Below are positions 15,030 to 29,421 of a stretch of 64,000 bases of DNA, piece by piece. The DNA is from Eledone cirrhosa. Taxonomy: Eukaryota. Made by a program: the position numbers and the translations under genes. Within the stretch, counting starts at the first letter, position 1, and each line of letters starts with the position of its first letter. The notes under the pieces were generated by a model. It did not search any database. It was given only the letters and a program-made list of their open reading frames with translations, and had not been told where the DNA came from. The DNA lies in NCBI GenBank assembly GCA_964016885.1, contig OZ024756.1, forward strand, positions 26,350,001 through 26,414,000, written 5' to 3'.

Positions 15030-16420
15030 AAGATGAATATAAAATGAAAGTGCTTTTATAAAGGAATTTATTAGGTATTGACATATGTTTCTGTAACAGA
15101 CGGAATACCTATGTATCGCTGCTTGCGTAATCATATAATGTTAGCAAGTATTCGATAGCAAATGTATAATCAGTTGTCACTTCTTCAGAGATTTTGGATA
15201 CATTGGAAAAAATCAGAAAAATTGAAGTATTTATATTAGTTGTAAGAAAGGAAGAGGAGAGGGGATAGTATATGACAGATGGTAATTCAATTTACTGGTA
15301 AACAAGTATCTAAAAGGTTTCTAATGAGAATACAATGAGTATATGGTTTATTTTATCTAAATAAGAATTTTTGGGAGTGCCTATTTTAATCTATACTTGA
15401 CCAATTGAACAATGGACAGGGCTGGCCGTTTGGTGTAGTAGTATTAATAGATATAAAGTGTCAATTAAGGAAGAGGGAGGTTTTCACTGCTACTGAATAA
15501 CAACAATACTGGTAGCCTGCTGGTATATTAGGGAATTGAATTAAGAAATCTCATTTTATCTATAGCAGTTTATATTAAATGGTAAAGAATAGAAGAGTTG
15601 ATAGAATTAAGACTAATAGAGAATGTTAATATGTATTTTGACAATCAAACGGAGATGGAGACAGGCGTTCAATCCTGGTAGTGTTTGTAATATGAAAATG
15701 TAGATTTCAAGCGATGGTTACAGTATAACGATCGCTCTATTCTGTTATTTAATAAAATATATTTTTTTTTAATTTCATAATACAAAACAATTCCATATTA
15801 CACAATTTACAAAATCCTGTCCGTGGGATCATGCAGGGGCAGCGCTATTATATCCCATTTTAGGTTAAATTGTTGGTTATTTTCGCGCAGCTGCTAAGCC
15901 TTGTCTGCGAGTGTTGTTACATAACGCTGGTTTTCATGTTTTATTGAGTAACGATGTCTATAAAGGCGAGATTTGAAGGAGAGGAGGTAGCTGTAGACCC
16001 CACATAGTACCACTTCTGGCTATCCGATTCGATAGTACATTTGTATATGATGTTGCGTTCAAGACACTGATTGTTCAACGGACACATTCCTGGTTGGACA
16101 CAGTTACAGTTATAATTTTGCGTTGTTGTATTGGCATGGATGGGTTGATGAGGTTGCTTAGGTAGGACGGGATGTTGTTTGTTGTTTTGTGATGTTGTAG
16201 CCGATGTTTTACGTGTATTGTTATGTGTTGGAAGGCGTTTATACAACCGTTTTGCGTTAAGCTTTTTTATATGTTGTTCAATATTAGGGGCGGTTGAATA
16301 TGAAAGTCGAATAGTGTTAGGGTTTAAGATTTTATTATATTTATGTGATGTTGGAAAGTGTTTTTAACTAATCGAAAGAATTGTGAGGGTAGATTGGTTT
16401 TAATAGAGTTGTTATAGACA
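15027..16420 (-). mobile_element. 5'-truncated, frameshifted Penelope-like retroelement (linker + GIY-YIG endonuclease + 3' pLTR) inserted in (TA)n
   Basis: The minus strand reads IKTNLPSQFFRLV/KHFPTSHKYNKILNPNTIRLSYSTAPNI...CNCVQPGMCPLNNQCLERNIIYKC...YYVGST, then LKWDII...CKLC...LNNRIE..CNH. This is the characteristic PLE GIY-YIG region. It has frameshifts and stops, and a hammerhead core near the 3' end. Confidence 0.85.
15073..15194 (-). ncRNA. Hammerhead ribozyme-like motif in Penelope 3' pLTR (weak stem I)
   Basis: CTGAAGA a gtgaca...tgttac a GAAA catatg TC. Stem II pairs, stem III is the palindrome acatatgt and the triplet is GUC. The local stem I is poor. Confidence 0.55.
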
Positions 16421-16522
16421 AATATATATATATATATATAATTGTTTCTACTTTTGATCTTATATTTTATATATATATATATATAATATAAGATCAAAAG
16501 ATGGTTAAAAGAGTTCCATGTA

Positions 16523-16589
16523 TTTTATTATGCGCATTTCAAAAACAAATATCATCATGAGATGACATTTGCGTTTTCGTCAGATAAAA
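16523..16589 (-). ncRNA. Type I hammerhead ribozyme (family C)
   Basis: ttttat CTGACGA aaacgcaaat...atttgttttt GAAA tgcgca TA ataaaa. Confidence 0.7.
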
Positions 16590-16712
16590 TACATGGAACT
16601 CTTTTAACCATCTTTTGATCTTATATTATTTATGCTCCAGTTCTACAAACTGTAGAGTGCTACTTATCCGATATCTGCATTGCTTTATTGTACTACAATA
16701 AAACTCACCTCC

Positions 16713-16843
<131 letters not shown>

Positions 16844-17764
16844 GTGTGTGTGTGTACCCTATATATGTGTGTACCCTATATATAAACATAAGCAATATAT
16901 GATATTGCTCAGTTGCTCAAGGGAAAGAAATGATAAAGTGCTCAAGGACACAACGCGCTGCCTGACCCTGAGATTGAACTCATGGCCTTATGATGACGAG
17001 TCCAACACTCTAGCCACTGGGTCAGGTGGAGTGTATCTAAGGCTACATCATGTAATAAATTTCTTTTTTTTCCTCTTGTTTTCTTGTCTTTTCATTTCTT
17101 TTTTGATTTTTGTTTGTTGATGTTTTTTGTTTTGTTTTGGTTTAAGATGGTAAAGTCTGATTTGTAGTAGATTTTCGACTGTTCTTTCTAGCAGCACAAC
17201 AAACCATGTGGAATCTTCTCGGTTGTTATTTAGAGCTTGTAGAGAGTTTATTTATTTCATTATTGTTACTTTCGTTTTAATCTGTGATGTGCCAGATCTA
17301 GGTTCATCTGGGATTAAACCTTGGTCAGCTCCAGATCAGCTCTGAACCAACAGATCTATAATCAAATATATGTTCCAGCCGTGACTATCACATCATTTTT
17401 TTAAGGGATATATCTTATCTATGACCACATTAATCCTGAAACTACATCATGTAATGTATGTACATACGTACGAACGTATGTATATATATGTATGTTTGTA
17501 TGTATGTTTGTATGTTTGTATGTATGTAAGTATGTATGTATATATGTATGTATATATGTATGTACGTATGTATGTATGGACCCATAACTTCTGGAGAAGT
17601 CGTTATGGCCCCATCGTGACATACCGTGTTTCTTTGGCATATAAAATATGGCAGACCCAATTTCCTTTCCAGGTCTTCTTCCAGAGAAGGAGTGAGAGAG
17701 AAACAGAGGGAAAGTGTGTGCGTGAGAGAGAGAGAGGGGGGAGAGGGTGTGTGGCGTTATAGAG

Positions 17765-18736
17765 AGTAAGTAGAAGAAGAATCGACCCCAGCACTTCTTC
17801 TCCCACTTATTCTTAAGAGGGTCGTGGGATCAAAGTCCTCAAACACTCCTTCCAGCGGGTCCTGTCAGAAGCAACCAGCTCCAACTAATCCGGCTGGATC
17901 CCCAAACATGACTAGCCAAACTCATGGATGTTATCCAACCATCTTGTTCGGGGTCTACCCCTGGGTTTCTTGCTGGCTGGTTTTGCCCGTAAAATCTGTC
18001 CAGCGATTCTTCCCTGAGACATTCCAACCACATGCCCATAGTATCGGAGCTGTGGTCTCTCAATTCGGAGAAGTAGCAGCTCTACCTGGTGTGACTCTCT
18101 GATCTCCGAGCTACAAATCTGTCCAGCGATTCTTTCTTCAAACATTCTAACCACATGTCCATAGTATCGGAATTGTGATGTCTCAATTCGGAGAAGTAGC
18201 AGCTCTACCTGGTGTGACTCTTTGATCTCCGAGCTACAGATCTGTCCAGCGATTCTTTCTTCAAACATTCTAACCACATTCTAACCACATAGTATCGGAG
18301 CTGTGCTCTCTCAATTCGGAGAACTAGCAGCTCTACCTGGTGTGACTCTCTGATCTCCGAGCTACAGATCTGTCCAGCGATTCTTTCTTGAAACATTCTA
18401 ACCACATTCTAACCACATAGTATCGGACCTGTGCTCTCTCAATTCGGAGAAGTAGCAGCTCTACCTGGTGTGACTCTCTGATCTCCGAGCTACAGATCTG
18501 TCCAGCGATTCTTTCTTCAAACATTCTAACCACATTCTAACCACATAGTATCGGAGCTGTGCTCTCTCAATTCGGAGAACTAGCAGCTCTACCTGGTGTG
18601 ACTCTCTGATCTCCGAGCTACAGATCTGTCCAGCGATTCTTTCTTGAAACATTCTAACCACATTCTAACCACATAGTATCGGACCTGTGCTCTCTCAATT
18701 CGGAGAACTAGCAGCTCTACCTGGAGTGACTCTCTG
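17765..18736 (-). mobile_element. RTE-clade LINE 3' fragment with internal tandem amplification
   Basis: LLLRIE..QLRYYGHVV.M...RI..QIL...PRGRPRTRWLDNI is typical of the RTE C-terminus. The unit repeats with a 128-bp period (18205-18733). Confidence 0.8.
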
Positions 18737-19002
18737 GTAAATTTTTTATTGACTTCGAAAGGATGAAAAGCAAAGTTGACCTCGGCGAGATTTGAACTGA
18801 GAGAAGAGAAAGCCAGAACAAATACCACACAACACTCTAACTGAGGTTCTAACGACTTTGCCCATCATCCACCCCTATCATCATGTAATAAATCACACTG
18901 ATTTTATTGCTGTTTTTTTTTTATCCTTTAATTTTATTTGAGGGGGTATTTGGTTACTATTTCATGTAGGTTGAACGACCTCTTAAGATGTTTCCTGGAC
19001 TC

Positions 19003-19025
19003 TGTTGTTGTTGTTGTTATTGTTG

Positions 19026-19057
<32 letters not shown>

Positions 19058-19125
19058 GGTGGTGGTGGTGGTGGTGGTAGTGGTGGTGATGACATTATTG
19101 TCGATGGTGGTGATGGTGTTATTAA

Positions 19126-19183
<58 letters not shown>

Positions 19184-19372
19184 GGTGGTGGTGGTGGTGG
19201 TGGTGGTGGTGGTGGTGATGGCATTATTGTCGTTGGTGGTGATGGTGTTACTAATGTTGTTGTTGGTGTTGTTGTTATTGTTGTTGTTATTGTTATTGTT
19301 GTTAGTGGTGGTGGTGGTGGTGTTGGTGTTGTTGTAGTTGGTGGTTTTATTATTGTTGTTGTTGGCGGTGTG

Positions 19373-19408
<36 letters not shown>

Positions 19409-19492
19409 CGGCGGTAGTGATGGTGTTATTATTATTATTGCTGTTGTTGTTGTTGCAGATGATGTTGTTGTTGTTGTTGTTGTTGTTGTTGC

Positions 19493-19548
<56 letters not shown>

Positions 19549-19614
19549 TTGTTGTTGTTGTTGTTGTTGTTGTTGTTTTTGTTGTTGTTGTTGTTGTTGT
19601 TTTTGTTGTTGTTT

Positions 19615-19666
<52 letters not shown>

Positions 19667-19913
19667 ATTAATATTTCTTTATTACGTTTTCGTTGCTAAC
19701 CTTGTGAATGTAAAGAGTTCAGCGTCTGCTTTATTGGTCGTCTGTAATTAGAAGCAAATTGTAACTAACTATCAACAGGCAAGTGTCGTCTGCTTCTTAC
19801 AGTCTGTTGTGTATCTGCTGTTGAGAATGTAGTAAATAAAAGAAATCATCGTTATTGCTATTATTACTATTATAAAGAGCCATCACCATCACCATCACCA
19901 TCATCGTCCCCAT

Positions 19914-19959
<46 letters not shown>

Positions 19960-20066
19960 AGCAGCGGCGGCGGCGGCATCATCATAATCACCATCACCAT
20001 CATCATCATCATCATCATCGTCATCGTCGTCATTGTTGTTGTTGTTATTATCATCATCATCATCAT

Positions 20067-20135
<69 letters not shown>

Positions 20136-20136
20136 A

Positions 20137-20229
<93 letters not shown>

Positions 20230-20240
20230 GGTACTGGTAA

Positions 20241-20324
<84 letters not shown>

Positions 20325-20337
20325 CAGTAGTAGTGGA

Positions 20338-20381
<44 letters not shown>

Positions 20382-20382
20382 A

Positions 20383-20437
<55 letters not shown>

Positions 20438-20452
20438 ATAGTAGTAGTAGTA

Positions 20453-20526
<74 letters not shown>

Positions 20527-20527
20527 C
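19003..20527. repeat. Trinucleotide microsatellite block (GTT/GGT, CAT/CAG, TAG)
   Basis: Direct inspection; similar blocks at 10735-11098, 26165-26550 and 54018-54240. Confidence 0.95.
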
Positions 20528-20675
20528 TCTCTCCAAGCTCTTTATCATCATCTATTCAAGTCTATTTTATTATTGGTATTTACATTACACATTTATTTTT
20601 ATTCCGTTAACGCTTTCAATCGCAAATCACTCAGCTAGCCAGTCATAGAGTGTGTGTGTGTGTATGTGTGTATGT

Positions 20676-20774
<99 letters not shown>

Positions 20775-21005
20775 TATGTGTGTGTGTGTGTATGTGTGTG
20801 TGTGTGTGTGAATGTGTGTATGTGTAGGTTTGTATGTGCTTCCATTGTCAGCAATATTTGTGAGTAGGTGTTTCCATACTTTCATCTTTTGCTATATATA
20901 GTAACACAACTACTCCGCACACACCACACCTCTATCATAAACCCATGTCCATACGTACTCACACACTGATACACGTACACACACTTACACACACACACAC
21001 ATGAT

Positions 21006-21043
<38 letters not shown>

Positions 21044-21047
21044 ATCA

Positions 21048-21079
<32 letters not shown>

Positions 21080-21351
21080 TACACATAAACGCTGACATGC
21101 ATCACCACCAAGACACTCACGTAGCAATAAGCTCTTATACAAATGAACGCATCCATATAACGCAAGGATATACGTAGGTGTGTTGGTCTTTGATATATAT
21201 ATTTATATATATATAGAGAGGGGGGGTAGGAGAGGGAGAAAGAGAAAGACAGAGAGGCGGGGAGATAGATGTACATATGCCTATATCTATAGGTATCTAT
21301 ATATTTATCTATCCACCCACATAGATAAATATATAGATAGACTCACAAACG

Positions 21352-21448
<97 letters not shown>

Positions 21449-21502
21449 GTGTCTGTGTGTATAAATAGACTCACAAACGCACGCACACACACACACACAT
21501 AC

Positions 21503-21643
<141 letters not shown>

Positions 21644-21644
21644 G

Positions 21645-21952
21645 ATGTGGCAAAAATGGCTCGAGTGAATGGGCCTTCTCTGTATATAAAGTAGGTTAAG
21701 GAAGATAAACAGAGGGAAGACAGGAACACCTACAAAACGTGTTCCTGGTGTTGAGGGTTGTTCTATCCACGGGGTGTAAAACAACCCTGCAGTAACGTAC
21801 CCCCTTACTGGGGATTTCAATTGTTATTTTATTATATATAGTTTATTGTTATTTATTAATGTTAAAGTTATTTTTATGTAAAACCCCTGCCGTCACGTCT
21901 TGTAATGTCCCATTTTTGTACGCCCCTGTGGCAAATGAAGAAAGATATCTAT
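21645..21952 (+). mobile_element. Tx1/L1 3' fragment (diverged subfamily)
   Basis: [15 protein letters not shown] and 3' end cccctgtggc...gaaagatatctatc. Confidence 0.7.
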
Positions 21953-21969
21953 CCACCCACATATCTCCC

Positions 21970-22004
<35 letters not shown>

Positions 22005-22130
22005 AGGAGGTGAGTTTTATTGTAGTACAATAAAGCAATGCAGATATCGGATAAGTAGCACTCTACAGTTTGTAGGACTGGAGTATACATAATATATAAG
22101 ATCAAAAGATGGTTAAAAGAGTTCCATGTA

Positions 22131-22197
22131 TTTTATTATGCGCGTTTCGAAAACAAATATCATCATGCAATAACATTTGCGTTTTCGTCAGATAAAA
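22131..22197 (-). ncRNA. Type I hammerhead ribozyme (family C)
   Basis: ttttat CTGACGA aaacgcaaat...atttgttttc GAAA cgcgca TA ataaaa; one stem III mismatch. Confidence 0.65.
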
Positions 22198-22246
22198 TAG
22201 GGAGACATGATATAAATACATGGAACTCTTTTAACCATCTTTTGAT

Positions 22247-22417
<171 letters not shown>

Positions 22418-22432
22418 GATAAATATACACGG

Positions 22433-22469
<37 letters not shown>

Positions 22470-22489
22470 GATAGATAAATATACACGGG

Positions 22490-22896
22490 TGTGTATGATT
22501 GTGTATCGAAGATTATATTAATAAGAGGAATTCCAACTTTGTCTGATTTACTCGTTTTATTTACAATCCTTTAAAATTTATAATGGTATTATAATGAAAT
22601 AGTATGATAGAATATTAAATTCTAAATGTTAATTGAACAAGTACTTTCATGCTTTCGCAATCTTCAGGTTCATAATGTGTGGTGACAGTCAAGTTTGCAA
22701 TTTTCAACTGTTGAAAATTGCAAACTTGACTGTCACCACACATTATGAACCTGAATATTGCGAAAGTATGAAAGTACTTGTTCAATTAACACTTAGAATT
22801 TAATATTCTATCATACTATTTCATTATAATACCATTATAAATTTTAATGGATTGTAAATAAAACGAGTAAATCAGACAAAGTTGGAATTCCTCTTA

Positions 22897-22902
<6 letters not shown>
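22490..22902. mobile_element. Fold-back element family D (about 190-bp inverted arms, one hammerhead motif per arm); second copy 50281-50582
   Basis: Arms are reverse complements centred on ttttcaac-tg-ttgaaaa (about 22708), flanked by (TA)n. Confidence 0.7.
22635..22671 (-). ncRNA. Minimal hammerhead ribozyme (family D); further copies at 22747-22783 (+, core mutated) and 50427-50463 (+)
   Basis: gaac CTGAAGA t tgc gaaa gca t GAAA gtac TT gttc. Stem I is gaac/gttc, stem II is capped by GAAA and stem III is the palindrome agtact. Confidence 0.6.
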
Positions 22903-22955
<53 letters not shown>

Positions 22956-23214
22956 GGATGGTGAATACATACATACATATCTGTCTGTACATATCTCTGT
23001 CTGTCTATGTGGACACCTATCAACACCCACAAACCTATCCATGCATTCACCCATCAATTTATCTTGGAATCTACAAAGACGATCGGCTGTTTACCACGCA
23101 CATACATACATTCATACATACATACATACGTACGTGTGCGTGCATGTATGTATCTGTGTATTTATGTGTATATATATATATATATGTGTGTGTGGGGGCG
23201 TGTGGTGTGTGGGG

Positions 23215-23271
<57 letters not shown>

Positions 23272-23533
23272 TCACACACATACACATATACATATGTTTA
23301 AAATTGTTGTGATATATAGATGTTTTTCTAGAAATTTCTTGTCTTCCTATATTTCTGTATATTTTATGAAGCCTTTAAAGCTACAAGATTGAGTGACATT
23401 ACTTGTTGAAGACAAATCCCTTGAGTCAATGTTTGTGTGGGTCATTCATAATATCCTTTTTCATATCTTTCTTGTTAAAACATGTCTAAGGCAAATTAAA
23501 TATCTTAAATTTCGCCATCTTCGTTTTCTTTAG

Positions 23534-23580
<47 letters not shown>

Positions 23581-23887
23581 TATTTTGATCATGCTTTTAT
23601 ATTTAAATTTATTTCATTCCTTGTATTTTGATCATGCTTTATTTTTATTTTTATTTTTATTTTTTTCATTCGCACCTTTTCCTTTCGCTATATGTCTCTC
23701 CACCACTCCCCTACACACCCTTTGAACTCTGTTCCCACACACTTCTCACCCGAGGAAGGGCTTATGCCCGAAACGTCGTCCCCCACCAACACCCCACTCT
23801 CCAGAGCGTGAAATTAATAAACATTCGTTGTACTGCCTCTCTGTTTTGTCCCTGTTCAAATTTTTCCATTATATATATATATATATA

Positions 23888-24680
23888 TTTCGCTGTGTGG
23901 ATGATTAGTTTAACCACCATCTCAGTGTGTTTGGCCTTTAACGTAAGTTGTAAGCTCTAATTCATTTGAATTATTGAGCGCTTGCCTCACAACTCGAAAG
24001 TGTTTTCTCGTTATTTCATGGGCTGAAATTCGATTCTCGCTAATTTTTACTTGTATTAATCTCCAGAGTCTAGCTATTGGCCAGTTAATTTTATTGACTG
24101 GTTTTGGTCTACTCTATTGACTGCCGAATAGCTTTGTTATATTTAACCACTCTGTCGAGAGCTTCATTCGATTTGTGATATTTTGCATTTTCGCAATATT
24201 ATACACAGATGAATTCAATCGCCTAATTTAGGTGTTGCCTCCCTTGCTGAACCCCACGTAGGGTCAGTTACAGACACATCTATGTGGACTTTCGAACTGA
24301 ATCCCGTTGACAACGCGTACTCCTAGTCCAGTCAGGATACGAGAAACTTAACATCCTTTATGTAAGTGGACAGCAAATGTCTTATGGAGCCGCAGAAACC
24401 CCAACACTGGACTTTACCATCATTCCAGGGGTCCGGGTGAGTATCAACATTTATATTTTGATATATTTTTATATCTGTATATCTGTTTGACCCGAAATAG
24501 GAGATCGAATCTTCGCTGTGTGGATGATTAGTTTAACCACCATCTCAGTGTGTTTGGCCTTTAACGTAAGTTGTAAGCTCTAATTCATTTGAATTATTGA
24601 GCGCTTGCCTCACAACTCGTTTTCTCGTTATTTCTCGTTATTTCATGGGCTGAAATACGATTCTCGCTAATTTTTACTTA
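23888..24680 (+). mobile_element. Non-coding element with about 165-bp terminal direct repeats (period about 623 bp) in (TA)n
   Basis: 23888-24051 is repeated at 24511-24679; both outer ends abut (TA)n. Confidence 0.6.
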
Positions 24681-24857
24681 TATATATATATATATATATA
24701 TTTATTAAAATAACAGATTAAAGTTTAAGCAAAGAATCGCTGCTTTCACCCTTAACGGGATCTTCTGAAACTTATCGAGCCCTCTTTGGATTTTAGTCTT
24801 CAAATTTTAGTCTTCAAATATATATATTTTATCTCTCTCTCTCTGTCTCTCTCTCTC

Positions 24858-25048
<191 letters not shown>

Positions 25049-25081
25049 GAGAGAGAGAGAGAGAGACAGAGAGAGAGAGAT

Positions 25082-25183
<102 letters not shown>

Positions 25184-25299
25184 GGTGTGGGATGCTTAAA
25201 GCGTCCGTAAGCGGTAGGCCGTTTGAGCACTCGATGCTCTTACAGAGCAGAGTATAATATCACATAAGAAACATTTGGAAACTCTGCTTCGCAGAATCG

Positions 25300-25396
25300 A
25301 GTCATATCTGACGACCTTGTGATTTCAGAGTCAGGTTCGATCATTACATCGATCGTGCCTCGAGCTGGTGGCCAGAGAAACGATTGTAATATGTCT
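25300..25396 (+). ncRNA. Degenerate hammerhead motif (similar degenerate cores at 7232-7320 + and 23750-23780 +)
   Basis: agtcatat CTGACGA ... GAAA cgattg TA atatgtct. Stems I and III pair, but the base of stem II is mismatched. Confidence 0.45.
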
Positions 25397-25438
25397 AATA
25401 ACTTTTATTCGTCGCAAAACTGATTCTCCGTTTCTTAT

Positions 25439-25492
<54 letters not shown>

Positions 25493-26237
25493 TATGTTTT
25501 GAAACAGTGAGCAGGTTTGAAATTAGAAAATAGAATAGCTTTCACCGTATTTTTGACTAAAGGAATTTTAGCCTGATAATGGGGTTTAGAGCCCTCAGAT
25601 AAATGGAAAAAGATGAGTATTGACGTACATGGAATCTGGCGAATCTCGCGAGGGCGCTTGGCTGTTCCAGCACATTAGCCTCGCCATCACCCGAGGCAAC
25701 GCTGCGAGTGTGCTGGCTTGCCTAAAGAATCATTAGAGAGGTTGCTCAGTACCCCCCGCTGCTGTCTTTTGCTCTGGTGTTGGCTCGGTTGTTCACCCCT
25801 TCCCCCGTAAGGATGAAAGGCAAAGTTAACCTCGGCGGGATTTGAACTGAGAACGCAAAGGGCCATAACTCTATCTATACTGCCAAGCATGGTGACTGGC
25901 GTTCTACCGATACTTGGCTGACGAAACATCAACATTTGTGTAGAAACACTTCTATCGATCTGCTGTGTATTATAAAACAAACAGAACTTGGCATCAATAC
26001 ATCTGTTGAGCACGTATACTGACAGACACGCTTCACTAATCAGATTTACGAAAGACTGAGTTTGCGCTTAATTAAGTTTGCTTAAATTTACATATGAAAC
26101 TTTATCTTCATTAATAGAGGACAGGAGAAGGAATTCTCAGCAATGAACATCTGTAAAATTTTCGTCGTTGTCTTGTTGTTGTTGTTAATGCTGTCGTTAT
26201 TATTATTGTTGTTGTTCTTGTTGTTGTTGTTAGTGCT

Positions 26238-26268
<31 letters not shown>

Positions 26269-26649
26269 CTAATGCTGCTGTTGTTGTTGTTGTTGTTATT
26301 GTTGTTGTTCTTGTTGATGTTGTTGTTGTTCTTGTTATTGGTCTTGGTTTTGTTATTGTTAATGTTGTTGCTGTTACTCTCGTCGTTGTTGTTGTAGTTA
26401 TTGTTGTTGTTGTTGTTGTTCTTCTTCTTCTTATTATTATTATTATTATTATTCTTTTCGTTATTGTTGCTTTTGTTCTTGTTATAAACATGTTGGCTCT
26501 CAATACAACCTAATTAAATGACAACAAACTTGTGTTGTTGTTGTTGTTGTGATAGTGTTGATGTTGTTTAACGATTTAGTTGCCATATTTTTAATGAGAC
26601 ACTGTCGAAGATTTTTTGTTATGAATCTTAAAAAGAAATCCAGAAATGT

Positions 26650-27150
26650 GTTACTTTATTTTATCGACCCCGCAAGGATGAAAGGAAAAGCTAACCTCGG
26701 TGGGATTTGAACTCAGAACGCAAAGGGAGGTAACTCTATGCCGCGAAGCATGGTGTCCGGCGCTTTACCGATACTGCCAATAATTGTTTCTACTTTTGGC
26801 ACAAGGCCAGCTATTACCCCAGTGCACCACTGGTACTTTATTTTATCGACCCCGCAAGGATGAAAGGCAAAGTTAACCTCGGCGGAATTTGAACTCAGAA
26901 CGTAAAGGGGGGTAACTCTATGCTGCTAAGCATGACCGATACTGCCAATAGTAATAATTGTTTCTTATATAGTCACAAGACCAACAATTTTGGGGGAGGG
27001 GAAAGTCGATTAAATCGATCCCAGTGCGTGACTGGTACTTTATTTTATCGACCCCGTAAGGAAGAAAGGCAAAGTTAACCTCGGCGGAATTTGAACTCAG
27101 AACGTAAAGGGCCATAACTCTATGCTGCAAAGCATGGTGTCTGGCGCTCT
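26650..27150 (-). mobile_element. Three head-to-tail copies of the tRNA-derived SINE
   Basis: ggatgaaaggcaaagttaacctcggcgg.atttgaactcag repeated at about 26677, 26858 and 27060. Confidence 0.8.
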
Positions 27151-27354
27151 AGAGACCAGATTAGCAAATAATGATTATTTTCTTTAAGAAGAAATATAAT
27201 TCATTCATTGCAAGGAATGAAGTGAAAGAATAACATGAAGGAGATTTTAGCTTCAGGTTATAATAGAATTGCTTAATGGAAGTAATTAGAATAACAGAGA
27301 TCTGGTAAGGAAACATACCAGAGAGGTAAATAGATCGATAGCTAAATCAGTGGC

Positions 27355-27438
<84 letters not shown>

Positions 27439-27525
27439 GTGTGAGAGAGACGGGGAAGAGATAGAGAGTGGGAGAGAGAGAGAGAGGGGGGATGGAGAGA
27501 AAAATAGATATCTTTCTACACAGAA

Positions 27526-27623
<98 letters not shown>

Positions 27624-27624
27624 G

Positions 27625-27655
<31 letters not shown>

Positions 27656-27719
27656 GTGAGTGTGTGTGTGTGATTATAGTGGAGTACTTCACTGTTATAT
27701 ATCTATCTATCTATCTATC

Positions 27720-27799
<80 letters not shown>

Positions 27800-28212
27800 T
27801 ATATATATATGAATGTATATAGATGTATAGATAGATATAAATTCACAGATATCAAGGTTTTTGGAATCTGACAAAAGAAAGCAATCAATGTCACTAAACG
27901 GGCATTGGTCAAGAAAATCGATACCACGTGACCATTGGTCAATATTCTATGCTTCCACACAAATTCTCTTCACTTCAATATCTGTTTACAGATTGAATAG
28001 AAGCTTATATGGACAGCATGGACTAATGGTGACCTCAGATATTGAACCATCAACACACGCGCGTATACACACACACATATATATATTTATAGACATAACT
28101 TGCTATTTCAAGCGTTAAATTAATATAGTCCTTCCATATACTCTACCGCGAGTGTTGTTATTTCTGTTTACCTTTTGCACACACACACATGCATATATAT
28201 ATATATATAATC

Positions 28213-28938
28213 TTTGAAGCTTGTTTCTGTCCCCTACGGTTAGCTATACTTTTTGTTGTTCTCCTGTCTCACTCGCTTTACGCGTTTTAATTGTCCTAAT
28301 AACTTATTTTGGTTATTATTGCACCGACGTGAGATATATGATTTTTAATGCAATGAAATATCTATGATCTTCGGCAAATCACTGATGAGGGACTTATTTT
28401 ATTACATGTTATCCATGTGCTACCTGCAGTATTTTTCTCTATATTTTAATACATATATTTACCACTGCGATTCTGTGTTTTTTCTCTCTCTCTTACTGTT
28501 CCCCCATTCTCTCTGTTTCTCCCCCTCTGTCATGTCCGTTAACTCTTCCTCACACTTTCACTCACTCACTGTTTTTCTCTCTCTTCTCTTCATTTCCTCC
28601 TGCACACCACGAACGCTATTTTTCTCTCTCTGCTCATAGTCTTCGTTCGTGTAGGTTCTATTCTCTAAGCGCTCATATATTCACCTAGCTTACGCTAAAC
28701 AGAATAATTTTTGAAGCTTGTTTCTGTCCCCTACGGTTAGCTATACATTTTGTTGTTCTCCTGTCTCACTCGCTTTACGCGTTTTAATTGTCCTAATAAC
28801 TTATTTTGGTTATTATTGCACCGACGTGAGATATATGATTTTTAATGCAATGAAATATCTATGATCTTCGGCAAATCACTGATGAGGGACTTATTTTATT
28901 ACATGTTATCCATGTGCTACCTGCAGTATTTTTCTCTC
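28213..28938 (+). mobile_element. Non-coding element with about 230-bp terminal direct repeats (period 497 bp) in (TA)n
   Basis: 28213-28441 is repeated at 28710-28938; each repeat contains GAAA...CTGATGA. Confidence 0.6.
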
Positions 28939-28953
28939 TCTATATATATATAC

Positions 28954-29421
<468 letters not shown>

